Origin: Cyanophyceae cyanobacterium
GTDB taxonomy: Bacteria; Cyanobacteriota; Cyanobacteriia; Cyanobacteriales; JBHJGN01
Direction of reading: 5' to 3'
Length of the DNA: 64,000 bases
Assembly: GCA_050331735.1 (NCBI GenBank)
Contig: JBHJGN010000022.1
Coordinates: 72,858 to 136,857 of the forward strand
Made by a program: the position numbers and the translations under genes. The notes under the pieces are model-generated. The model saw only the letters and a list, made by a program, of their open reading frames with translations. It made no database searches and was not told the DNA's origin. Shown one piece after another: positions 11,286 to 20,333 of the stretch. Positions within the stretch are counted from its first letter, which is position 1; every line of letters begins with the position of its first letter.

Positions 11286-12365
11286 ATGAACGGACTAAAG
11301 CAACTACAACTCGATCGCGGTCGGCTTGACATCTTGTCAGCAGACAGGGCCCTTGTCAACCGACCGAGGCTGCTGTTAGCTGGGGATATCGGTGGGACGA
11401 AAACGATTTTGCGTTTAGTGGAGTTGTCAGCAGACTCGACCTTCAAAACGATCCATCAGGTTAAATACTCAAGCAGTAACTTTCCCGATCTCGTCCCGAT
11501 GGTGCAGCAGTTTTTAGCAGCCATTGAGGGCTACTTCCCAGAGGTTGCCTGTTTTGCGATCGCCGGAGCAGTCATCGACAATACGTCTAAGCTCACAAAC
11601 CTCAACTGGTTTTTAGACAGCCAGCGCTTAGAGGTCGAGCTCGGCATTCCCAAAGTCAGTCTGCTCAATGACTTTGCCGCTAACTGCTATGGCGTGTTGG
11701 GATTGAATCCTGCCGACTTACACACGCTCCAAGACGGAAAACCCTCAAAGACAGCGCCCATCGCGGTAATTGGTGCAGGAACGGGCCTCGGAGAAGGTTT
11801 TTTAGTTCCCCAGGGAGACCAGTATCAGATCTTTGCTTCAGAGGGAGGACACGCTGACTTTGCACCGCGCTCCGAGTTAGAACTGAAGCTAGGCTCTTAC
11901 CTGCAAGAGAAGTACCAAACGAACCACATTTCCGTCGAGCGCTTAGTGTCTGGTCGAGGGATTGTTGATATTTATCAGGGTTTACGTCTGCACCGCGTCT
12001 TTCCTGAATCCCCGGAGATTGCTGAGGCGATGGCGAGCCAAAAAGTAGATGCGGCGGCGATCATTTCCCAAGCGGCGCTGGAGCGGAGCGATCGCCTGTG
12101 CGAAAAAACGATGGAAATCTTCATCGAAACCTACGCAGCGCAGGCAGGGAACCTCGCGCTCACTCTCCTTCCCTTTGGCGGTCTTTATATCAGTGGCGGC
12201 ATTGCTGCTAAGATTTTGCCGCTGATACAAGAGGAACGCTTTTTGGCGGCGTTTAGGCGCAAAGGCAGAATGAGCGAAATCCTGCAACAGATCCCGCTGC
12301 ACGTAGTTTTAAATCCGCAGGTAGGGCTGTTGGGGTCAATTTTGTATGGTTGTGCAACCTTTTAA
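11286..12365 (+). CDS. glk: Glucokinase
   Basis: LAGDIGGTKT, LLNDF, GAGTGLG, SEGGH, SVERLVSGRG, GGLYISGGIA. Confidence 0.95.
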   Translation: MNGLKQLQLDRGRLDILSADRALVNRPRLLLAGDIGGTKTILRLVELSADSTFKTIHQVKYSSSNFPDLVPMVQQFLAAIEGYFPEVACFAIAGAVIDNTSKLTNLNWFLDSQRLEVELGIPKVSLLNDFAANCYGVLGLNPADLHTLQDGKPSKTAPIAVIGAGTGLGEGFLVPQGDQYQIFASEGGHADFAPRSELELKLGSYLQEKYQTNHISVERLVSGRGIVDIYQGLRLHRVFPESPEIAEAMASQKVDAAAIISQAALERSDRLCEKTMEIFIETYAAQAGNLALTLLPFGGLYISGGIAAKILPLIQEERFLAAFRRKGRMSEILQQIPLHVVLNPQVGLLGSILYGCATF

Positions 12366-12377
12366 CCGAGAAGAACA

Positions 12378-13082
12378 ATGAATTCCAAAGCCTTAATTGC
12401 TGAATTTATCGGCACTTTTGCCCTCGTGTTTATTGGCATTAGTACGATCGCAGCCAACGAGATCAGCGACAATGCTACTGGACTAGTGGGAGTCGCCCTC
12501 GGTCATGGTTTGACCATCGCCGTTATGGTCAGTGCAACGGCGGCGATCAGCGGCGGACATATTAATCCTGCTGTGACGTTTGGTGCTTGGCTAGCTCGTC
12601 AAATCGATTCTAAAAACGCCATCGGCTACCTTATTTCCCAGTGCTTAGCGGCTCTCCTGGCGGCGAGCTTAGTTAAGTTGACCGTTCCCACTGCGGTCCT
12701 CCAGGCGATCGCGATGGGAACCCCCGCTCCCGGTGCTGGCGTTCCGGCCTCGATGGCGTTCATGATGGAGGTGGTGCTCACGTTCTTTTTGGTGTTTGTG
12801 GTGTTTGGAACAGCCATTGATGGACGCGCCCCCAACGTGGGAGGACTATTTGTCGGCCTAACCGTCACTCTCGATATTCTTGCCGGGGGTCCGATCAGCG
12901 GCGCTGCCATGAATCCCGCTCGCTACCTAGGTCCGGCCCTCGTCAGCGGTAACCTACAGTATTTTTGGCTGTACTGGAGCGCTCCCTTGCTCGGTGGAGC
13001 GATCGCTGCGGCGCTGTATTACTTTGTTCTACAAGAATGTGCGCGGCTGTATCTTTTCACCGGCAGAGGCAGTAAGCAGTGA
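12378..13082 (+). CDS. MIP-family aquaporin
   Basis: AEFIGTF, two NPA boxes (SGGHINPA and AMNPAR), six hydrophobic helices. Confidence 0.92.
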   Translation: MNSKALIAEFIGTFALVFIGISTIAANEISDNATGLVGVALGHGLTIAVMVSATAAISGGHINPAVTFGAWLARQIDSKNAIGYLISQCLAALLAASLVKLTVPTAVLQAIAMGTPAPGAGVPASMAFMMEVVLTFFLVFVVFGTAIDGRAPNVGGLFVGLTVTLDILAGGPISGAAMNPARYLGPALVSGNLQYFWLYWSAPLLGGAIAAALYYFVLQECARLYLFTGRGSKQ

Positions 13083-13124
13083 CCAGTGACCAAACTGCCT
13101 AGCTGATTCGATCACTGGTCACTG
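13078..13124. repeat. Short inverted heptamer (STRR-like) repeat
   Basis: CAGTGACCAGTGA ... TCACTGGTCACTG at the aquaporin stop. Confidence 0.5.
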
Positions 13125-13319
13125 ATAATATGAAATTGCTTAATATTTGCTACAGATGGTAGTCAAGAGGCAGAGGGCAGGAGGCAGGAGAGTGAGAAAC
13201 AATGCTACAGATGCATTTTTTCTTCTATTTCATACAACTCTGTCCTCACCACATCGTCTTTACTGTTCGCTATTGCCCCTTTCCCCTTTCCCTTTCCCCA
13301 TCGCGCAGCGACAGAGCCA

Positions 13320-14720
13320 ATGTTACCAATTAGCTATAGCTGGAAGGCAGCGCGTAAAGCGCTCGATAACTCGATCATCTACTATCGCGGGCAGCCAGTC
13401 GGAACGATCGCTGCTCTCGACTCCTCTTTGGGTGAGCTAAACTACAGTCACTGCTTTGTGCGAGACTTTGCGGTTTCTGCCTTGGCGTTTCTAACCGAGG
13501 GAGAAACGGAGATTGTGCGCCACTTTCTCACGGAAGTTTTACACTTGCAAAGCCGTCAAAAGCGCATGGATTGCTTTCAGGCTGGACGAGGAGTGATGCC
13601 AGCAAGCTTTAAGGTAGAGACGTTGCTTGGAACAGAAGAGTTAACGGCGGACTTCGGCGAACACGCGATCGCCCGCGTGACTCCGGTAGATTCGGTATTT
13701 TGGTGGCTGCTGATCCTACGGGCCTACGTTAGAGCGACGGGGCATCTCAGTTTTGCCCAGCAGCCCGAGGTTCAGCAGGGCATCCGGCTAATTTTAGATC
13801 TGTGCTTGACCACAAGGTTCGATCTGTTTCCGACGCTCTTTGTTCCTGATGGCTCATTCACCATCGATCGGCGGATGGGAGTTGACGGTCATCCGTTAGA
13901 TATTCAGGTTTTGTTTGCAGTGGCCCTGCAAACGTCCCAGGAATTCCTGTTGCCCACGCCAGAAAACGCCGTTTATCGGCAAGCGGTTCGTGATCGCCTG
14001 GGTCATCTAGTTTATCACCTGCGCCAGTATTATTGGCTCGATCGCCACCGACTGAACGAGATTTACCGCTATCGGGTGGAAGAGTTTGGCGAGACAGCCG
14101 TCAACAAGTTTAATATTTACCCTGAAACCATTCCCGACTGGCTCACCGACTGGCTGCGAGAGGGCAACGGTTATTTTGTGGGCAATCTTGGTTCAGGACG
14201 AATCGACTATCGCTTTTTTACTCAAGGCAACCTGCTGGCGGTGCTTACTGCTGTCGCCACCGAACAGCAGTCGGAAGCAATTATGAACACCATTGAGCAT
14301 CACTGGTCAGAGCTGATCGCAGATATGCCGATGAAGCTCTGTTTTCCGGCCTTAGAAGCGCAAGAGTGGCAAATCGTGACGGGTTCAGATCCTAAAAATA
14401 GTCCCTGGTCTTACCATAATGGGGGAAGCTGGCCCTTTTTGCTGTGGCTCCTAGCAGCCGCCGCTCAAAAGACGGGCCGAGTTTCTCTAGCACAGCAGGC
14501 CCTCGCCATTGCTGAAACCCGTCTGCTAGAAGACCAGTGGCCCGAGTATTACGACGGCAAACACGGTAGTTTAATCGGCAAACAGGCTCGGCTCTTCCAA
14601 ACCTGGACCATTGCCGGTGCGCTCGCTGCCCGCAACTTTCTAGATAACCCAAACCACCTAGCCTTAATTAATCACGACCGGGCGATCGCCGTTTCTTCCT
14701 GTTCGCTCCCTGTCAAGTAG
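13320..14720 (+). CDS. Alkaline/neutral invertase (GH100)
   Basis: CFVRDF, MPASFK, PVDSVFWW, DGSFTIDRRMG, WSYHNGGSWP, WPEYYDG. Confidence 0.95.
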   Translation: MLPISYSWKAARKALDNSIIYYRGQPVGTIAALDSSLGELNYSHCFVRDFAVSALAFLTEGETEIVRHFLTEVLHLQSRQKRMDCFQAGRGVMPASFKVETLLGTEELTADFGEHAIARVTPVDSVFWWLLILRAYVRATGHLSFAQQPEVQQGIRLILDLCLTTRFDLFPTLFVPDGSFTIDRRMGVDGHPLDIQVLFAVALQTSQEFLLPTPENAVYRQAVRDRLGHLVYHLRQYYWLDRHRLNEIYRYRVEEFGETAVNKFNIYPETIPDWLTDWLREGNGYFVGNLGSGRIDYRFFTQGNLLAVLTAVATEQQSEAIMNTIEHHWSELIADMPMKLCFPALEAQEWQIVTGSDPKNSPWSYHNGGSWPFLLWLLAAAAQKTGRVSLAQQALAIAETRLLEDQWPEYYDGKHGSLIGKQARLFQTWTIAGALAARNFLDNPNHLALINHDRAIAVSSCSLPVK

Positions 14721-14846
14721 GGGGAAGGGGAAAATTGTCCCTCCGGAACGGGGAAAGAACACAGAGTTTAGGAACAAGCTGTGGAATTCATTCCTTTTCC
14801 TTTTCCCTTTTCCCTCGCCTCCGGCGCTTCCCGTCGCGAAGCGACT
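14721..14846. repeat. Composite repeat between convergent genes
   Basis: GGGGAAGGGG, hairpin GTCCCTCCGGAAC, core AAGAACACAGAGTTTAGGAACAAGCT, TTCCCTTT arm, GTCGCGAAGCGAC. Confidence 0.8.
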
Positions 14847-14847
14847 T

Positions 14848-15894
14848 TTAGCTTCCTCTAAAACCATTCACCACTTCCATGTGCTTGGCCATAGAAAAGC
14901 GAGTTGAATTCATTTTGGTATCGGTATGATTCAGATTGCCAACTAGAGTCAGGAGGATTCCGACTAAAATAACGCTTCCCCCTAGGTACTGAGCCATCGT
15001 CGGGACTTCCCCTAGAATAACGTATGCCATAGCGATCGCGGCGATCGGATTAAACGAGGTGGCAATGGCCACTTCCATGCTGGTGGCATTTCTTAAACCA
15101 GCAAACCAGCAAACCTGACCAGCGACGACGATAATGCCACTATACACAATCATCCACAGCCACAGAAACGGCGAGAGCGCCCCTGCAAAATGCGCTAGAC
15201 CGTAGATATAGTAGGCAAGCACAAAAAAGACAATTGTTCCGAGAAAAGTCCGATAAAGACTAAAGAACCCGACAGAAATCCGCTGCAAATGAGTTTTGCT
15301 GAGAACTGTCGCTACCGCTAAAGCCAGAGCGCCCGCCGCCGCCTGCAATTCCCCACGACCAATAGCGGTTCCTCCCATCATTGAATGAGCTGGCTGGACC
15401 ATCTCTGCATTAGTTAGCAAGGCAGTTGTCGCCACGCCTGTAAACGCCAGTCCTGACCCTACAGCCGTCCAAATGTTAACCCGCGTCTTCAGCAGTAAAT
15501 AGCTGAGCACGAGAGTGAGCGGAGGCTCAACTCTGCCAATCAACACCACATTTGTAACGGTTGTGTTATCTAAAGCCGCAAAAATCAATGCCGGACCAAT
15601 CGCCCCAGATAGAATCCCAATCACCGTTAGGCCAAACCAGCGGCGCGCAGAAAGCTGTTTAAGAGACTGCCAATTCTCTTGACGGGAAAACAGCAGGCTC
15701 ATCACGGCAAAAGCACAGATATTTCCAATGAACAAAACATTACAAACAGAAATCGGATTTGTTCCATCTACAAAGTTCTGTTCGCCAATTTCCGTTAGCT
15801 TGCGGATAACGCTGGCAGAAGCGGCAAAAATAATATTTGCTATCCATAGATAAGCCAAACTGGGAATTTCTACTGAAAGCTTGCCTAACATCAC
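14848..15894 (-). CDS. EamA/DMT-family transporter
   Basis: About 10 TM helices in two repeats; VEPPLT and FNPIAA...LGE motifs. Confidence 0.85.
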   Translation of the reverse strand: MMLGKLSVEIPSLAYLWIANIIFAASASVIRKLTEIGEQNFVDGTNPISVCNVLFIGNICAFAVMSLLFSRQENWQSLKQLSARRWFGLTVIGILSGAIGPALIFAALDNTTVTNVVLIGRVEPPLTLVLSYLLLKTRVNIWTAVGSGLAFTGVATTALLTNAEMVQPAHSMMGGTAIGRGELQAAAGALALAVATVLSKTHLQRISVGFFSLYRTFLGTIVFFVLAYYIYGLAHFAGALSPFLWLWMIVYSGIIVVAGQVCWFAGLRNATSMEVAIATSFNPIAAIAMAYVILGEVPTMAQYLGGSVILVGILLTLVGNLNHTDTKMNSTRFSMAKHMEVVNGFRGS

Positions 15895-16357
15895 TCGTTA
15901 TTTGTATTAATAGTTGCCTGTGTTTTATTTTGCTATGTTCAGACTTTAGAGTGGCACTATTTTAGATTTTTGACCAGGGAAGTTTAAGGCTTTAAACAAG
16001 CACCCATTAGCTTACTCTCTGCATCAGCCCCTAAAAATGCAGCAATTTTGTGATAATAAACTATCGTTGGCAATTTTCCTCTCAAGCTAATGCTATTTCT
16101 CAATATAGATACTACACCAATAGAGAATTCTGTGACCTTTACCCCTTCCCCCTTCCCCTTTTCCCTGACTACACATCTGTAGCTTGACTTGCCAGAAATG
16201 GCATAAAACCCACCAATAATTAACAATTAATCATCAGCAATTCTCCTAACTTCTTAGTTAAATTCCCAAATATAGCTAGCAAAGATTTAATAAATCGACA
16301 TAATGAATCGCTAGGAACACCATCCTAATAGTAAGGGCAACTTAATCAGGAGAAGCC

Positions 16358-16870
16358 ATGAATCCCAGACAATTGTTTCGACCCGGTATTGCTTCCTCAG
16401 TCGTTGTTTTAGCGGCATTAGTCGGTGCTGCGGCTAGCTTTGAAAGCGTCTCTCAAGCTCAGCCTAACGAAACCGTTATCGAGCTTGCTCAGAGCGCTGC
16501 TGAAGAGATTATGGAGGGAACTTTTGTAGCAGCAGAAGCGCCAACCACTGGCAATGTTAGCATCGTCAACGAAAACGGCACTCGCTATTTGGTCATTGAT
16601 TCGGCTTTTAGCACGACCGATCAGGCCCCCGATCTGCATGTTTTGTTAGATACAGTAGAGCAACCACCACAACAGTATACAGAAGCTGAAGCGGGAAGAT
16701 ATATCAATCTCGGCGGACTTCAAAATACTATGGGCGAGCAGCGCTATCCCATTCCCAATGCGGTAGAGCTTTCTCAGATTAAATCTGTCGTTGTTTGGTG
16801 TCGCATGGCCAACGCCACTATGGGGTATGCCACTCTCAACGAGAGCGCGACAGCAAGCGTTCCTCAGTAA
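16358..16870 (+). CDS. Secreted DM13-domain protein
   Basis: Signal peptide; GTF...TTG, PDLHVLL, GEQRYPIP, SVVVWC; AGGAGA RBS. Confidence 0.8.
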   Translation: MNPRQLFRPGIASSVVVLAALVGAAASFESVSQAQPNETVIELAQSAAEEIMEGTFVAAEAPTTGNVSIVNENGTRYLVIDSAFSTTDQAPDLHVLLDTVEQPPQQYTEAEAGRYINLGGLQNTMGEQRYPIPNAVELSQIKSVVVWCRMANATMGYATLNESATASVPQ

Positions 16871-17171
16871 AGTTACTTCGTGACGGGGAAAGGGAAAACA
16901 TTCCTGATGGAGTGATGACAGTCTAGGTTGAACCAATTTGGAATTGACGCAGCCATCGAACAGCGCTCCGTCGTCTTACGGTGAGGTCTCTCTAACCGTT
17001 AACGACCCACGACTAACCTCTATTCACCCTATCCATAGTCAAGTCTCTACATAATCGGGGAGAGACAAAAATCAGTACTCAACCTTTCCCCTTTCCCCCT
17101 TACCCTTTTCCCGATTCTTTTCGCCTTCGGCTATTCCTTCACTGACAACATCATTAGCAGGTCTCAAAGAC

Positions 17172-17909
17172 ATGAAGAAATTTCTGGAAGTTTTACCAGA
17201 CAAAGAAACCCTGATTCAGCGATCGCTCGAGGTCGTTGTACAGAAAATCCGCTTAGCCATTGAGGAGCGTTCTGTTTGTACCCTTTCCCTAGCCGGAGGC
17301 AGTACCCCAAAACCGCTCTATGAAGCTCTAGCCGAGCAAACCCTGCCCTGGGAGAAACTTCAGGTATTTTGGGGAGACGAGCGCTATGTTCCGGTGAGTA
17401 GTCCCCAAAGCAATCAGAGAATGGTGCGTCAGGCGTGGCTCGATCGAGTATCCATCCCCGAAGCCAACGTTCATCCCATGCCGACAGGGGCAGGAGATCC
17501 GAGCGAGGATGCTGCTACCTACGAAGCGAAGCTGCGGCAAGTTTTTGGAACGACGGCCATTCCTACTTTCGACATTGTTCTCTTAGGAGTTGGGGACGAT
17601 GGCCATACGGCCTCTCTGTTTCCCCATACCGATGCTTTAAAGGTCCGCGATCGCCTCGTCACGGTGGGCAAGAAGGATGGTGAACCGCGCCTCTCGTTTA
17701 CGGTTCCCCTGATCAACAGCGCTCGCTGCGTCATTTTTCTAGCAGCAGGAGAGAATAAACAACAGGCCCTCGCTCAGATTCACGGAGCCGCCGCCGATGC
17801 CATGACCTACCCGGCTCGTTTGATTCAGCCTCAAGGAGAACTCTGGTGGCTACTCGATCGGGGGGCTGGAGCAGAATTTATTCAGAAGGCAGGAGCAGCC
17901 TACGTTTAA
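17172..17909 (+). CDS. pgl: 6-phosphogluconolactonase
   Basis: LAGGSTP, FWGDERYV, LLGVGDDGHTASLFP. Confidence 0.95.
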   Translation: MKKFLEVLPDKETLIQRSLEVVVQKIRLAIEERSVCTLSLAGGSTPKPLYEALAEQTLPWEKLQVFWGDERYVPVSSPQSNQRMVRQAWLDRVSIPEANVHPMPTGAGDPSEDAATYEAKLRQVFGTTAIPTFDIVLLGVGDDGHTASLFPHTDALKVRDRLVTVGKKDGEPRLSFTVPLINSARCVIFLAAGENKQQALAQIHGAAADAMTYPARLIQPQGELWWLLDRGAGAEFIQKAGAAYV

Positions 17910-18166
17910 CAACGTGGGATTGACAGCTAAGATTGATGGTTGCGAGGTGAGCCTCGGACCACAAACCAGGAATCGCGGCAGTCACAAGTTACAGGTCTGT
18001 GAGGAAGATGATGCTCTTAACCACCAAAGTGAGAGGCTTCCGCTAATTTCTAATTTAAGTTCCTAAACACCGCTGGCAAAAGTTTTCAAAGAGCACATAA
18101 TAGGTCATTAAATGAGTCATCAAATCAAATGGCTCGATACGGTAAGCACTGTGAGCTAATGGCAGT

Positions 18167-19222
18167 ATGCCACCTCTCTTGAAGACTTGTCGTCTAGACT
18201 GCCCTAAGCAAATTCAGAGGCGTTTTCTAGCCGCAGCTTCCAGCTATTCAACGACCCCCTGTCTGTCGGAGGAGGCTCTGCTCGTCTTGTTGAGCCAGCT
18301 CTATTTCAACCCCAAGTTAAGTAAGGTAGAAATCGTGGAATCAAGATCATTTACTGTCAAAGCTCCTTGTCGTCCTCAAAGTGGCGATCGCTTTGGGTCT
18401 TCTTACCCGAAGCAGCCGTTTATATCCTCTCCTACCCCAGAGTCGGCAATAGGTCAGGAGCTCAGTCAACTCGCCGAGATTGGAGCCAGAGCCGCCGCCC
18501 TCGTTCATGAAATGCGGAATCCGCTGACGACGATCTTGATGGGCCTTACGTCTCTTCAGAAAACCGAGCAGCCAGAACCAGTCGAGACGCGATTGAGTCT
18601 CGCCCTAGAAGAGGCAGAGCGACTTCAGCGCTTAATCGACGAAATTTCGCTGTATGCAAAGCCCTTGGTCGTTCAGCGTCACGAGCTAGAGCTGAACAGT
18701 TTGAGTCAAGAAATGCTCGCGAGCCTCACACTTCCTGAGTCGCTGGAGCGCAAAATTAATTTTATCGGGACGAGCTGTGCTGTTTGGATCAAAGGCGATC
18801 GCGACAAGCTGAAGCAAGTCTTTATCAACTTATTGACCAATGCCTGTGAGGCTATTTCCTCCCGCGAAGTTGTTACCTTAACCCTGAATCCACAGCCAGC
18901 CAATAATTTAGTGTGGGTTCGTCTCCACAATGGCGGACGACCGATTCGGCCAGAGGTGTTAGCTCAGCTCACGCAGCCGTTTTTTACCACCAAATCCAAC
19001 GGAAACGGCCTTGGATTAGCGATTGTAAAGCACATTGTCGAGGCTCATGGCGGTCAATTGGTCATCAAGTCCTCCGGCGCTGGCACAACCGTCAGCGTTG
19101 GTTTCCCCATCACTCGGCTCATTCCCGAAGAAGACAGAAGCAGACCGCTCCGCAGAAGACTCTATCGGCAAAATGTCACGGTACTTGATAAGTCCGCACA
19201 AAAGCTCCAGAAAAGTCTATAA
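18167..19222 (+). CDS. Histidine kinase (HisKA + HATPase); true start may be GTG near 18335
   Basis: HEMRNPL H-box, QVFINLLTNA N-box, PFFTTK, GNGLGL. Confidence 0.85.
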   Translation: MPPLLKTCRLDCPKQIQRRFLAAASSYSTTPCLSEEALLVLLSQLYFNPKLSKVEIVESRSFTVKAPCRPQSGDRFGSSYPKQPFISSPTPESAIGQELSQLAEIGARAAALVHEMRNPLTTILMGLTSLQKTEQPEPVETRLSLALEEAERLQRLIDEISLYAKPLVVQRHELELNSLSQEMLASLTLPESLERKINFIGTSCAVWIKGDRDKLKQVFINLLTNACEAISSREVVTLTLNPQPANNLVWVRLHNGGRPIRPEVLAQLTQPFFTTKSNGNGLGLAIVKHIVEAHGGQLVIKSSGAGTTVSVGFPITRLIPEEDRSRPLRRRLYRQNVTVLDKSAQKLQKSL

Positions 19223-20333
19223 ATCTAAAGAAAATCTAACAAAGAGCGGTTTTGGGAAGAAACTGGGCCACAATAAATGTATTAATAAATACAAAACGGG
19301 GTCAGCCAGAATAAAGACCCTGAATATAGCTAAAACGAATACATTTGCCAGAGCGCTAATTTCCTATTCAATAGGGGGTTAGCGCTTTTTGGCTAGCCAG
19401 TGAATTCCTGACTCTTGGCTAATTGTTACAAGAAATCAAAGTTTTGCTAACTTTCCGTAAAAACGGTGCTTTCTGGCTGAATAAAGGATAGAAATAGCCA
19501 AGTCAGACGAATTATGAAAAATTTAGCTGTGGCAGATATTTTCTATCTAGAGAAGCACCGCTGCCAACTTTCACAAGAAGCTTCACCAATATTTCCCAAA
19601 AAACTATTAGCAATCTCTAAAAGAATGTGTTCTTCCATACAAGTTGCTTCCCAATCGAGCCACTAATAGCGCAGTAGTAAAGCCTAAACAACACTCAATA
19701 AACCGCTGTCAAACAGGAGCGCAACCTGTTGTCAAGCGCTAGTGACCGCTAGCGAAACAACTAGCTAATTCAAGGAATAGACTGCGGTATTTATTCAAAA
19801 ATAACAGGTTCAAACTTGTAGATTTAGCGATCAGCTCTAAAACGAGCTTTCTGTCCTAAATTTATCAGTTGACAAAAAAAAACTACACATCTATCGTAAG
19901 GATGATAGCTAAAGTACTTAGTTCCCTTAGTCCTTGTTTAGGGCTTCTCCAATGATTCTGCCAAAGCCAGAATATCGCTGTCGGGCTACGTTAGCCTGGC
20001 AAAAGTTGCTCAAGCGTCAATCTGACTCTAGATGGGACGCTCAGAAAAATTTCAGACAAAAAAATATTCATCGAGAAACTAGCAATTTACTTCGTTGAAG
20101 CATTGCTATACGTCATCGGGGTGATGAACACCCCATGAGGAGGCTTGGCGTGTTTTCCACATCAAGGCTTCACCAACAGGCGATCGCAGTTCTCCCAAGG
20201 ACTGGGAAAATGCCAACAAGCAGGGGGAATTTTCCTCAAAGAGTTTTTTTGTGATGGGGATGGATGAGGAGTTTGAGAGAGCAAATCGGTCATCCAGAGT
20301 ACAAGCAAAACAAGATCAGGAGGCAATCGGATT

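Noticed and set aside
19514..19666. 50-aa ORF (MKNLAVADIF...) in the long intergenic region
   Set aside because: No RBS and no distinctive composition; likely chance.
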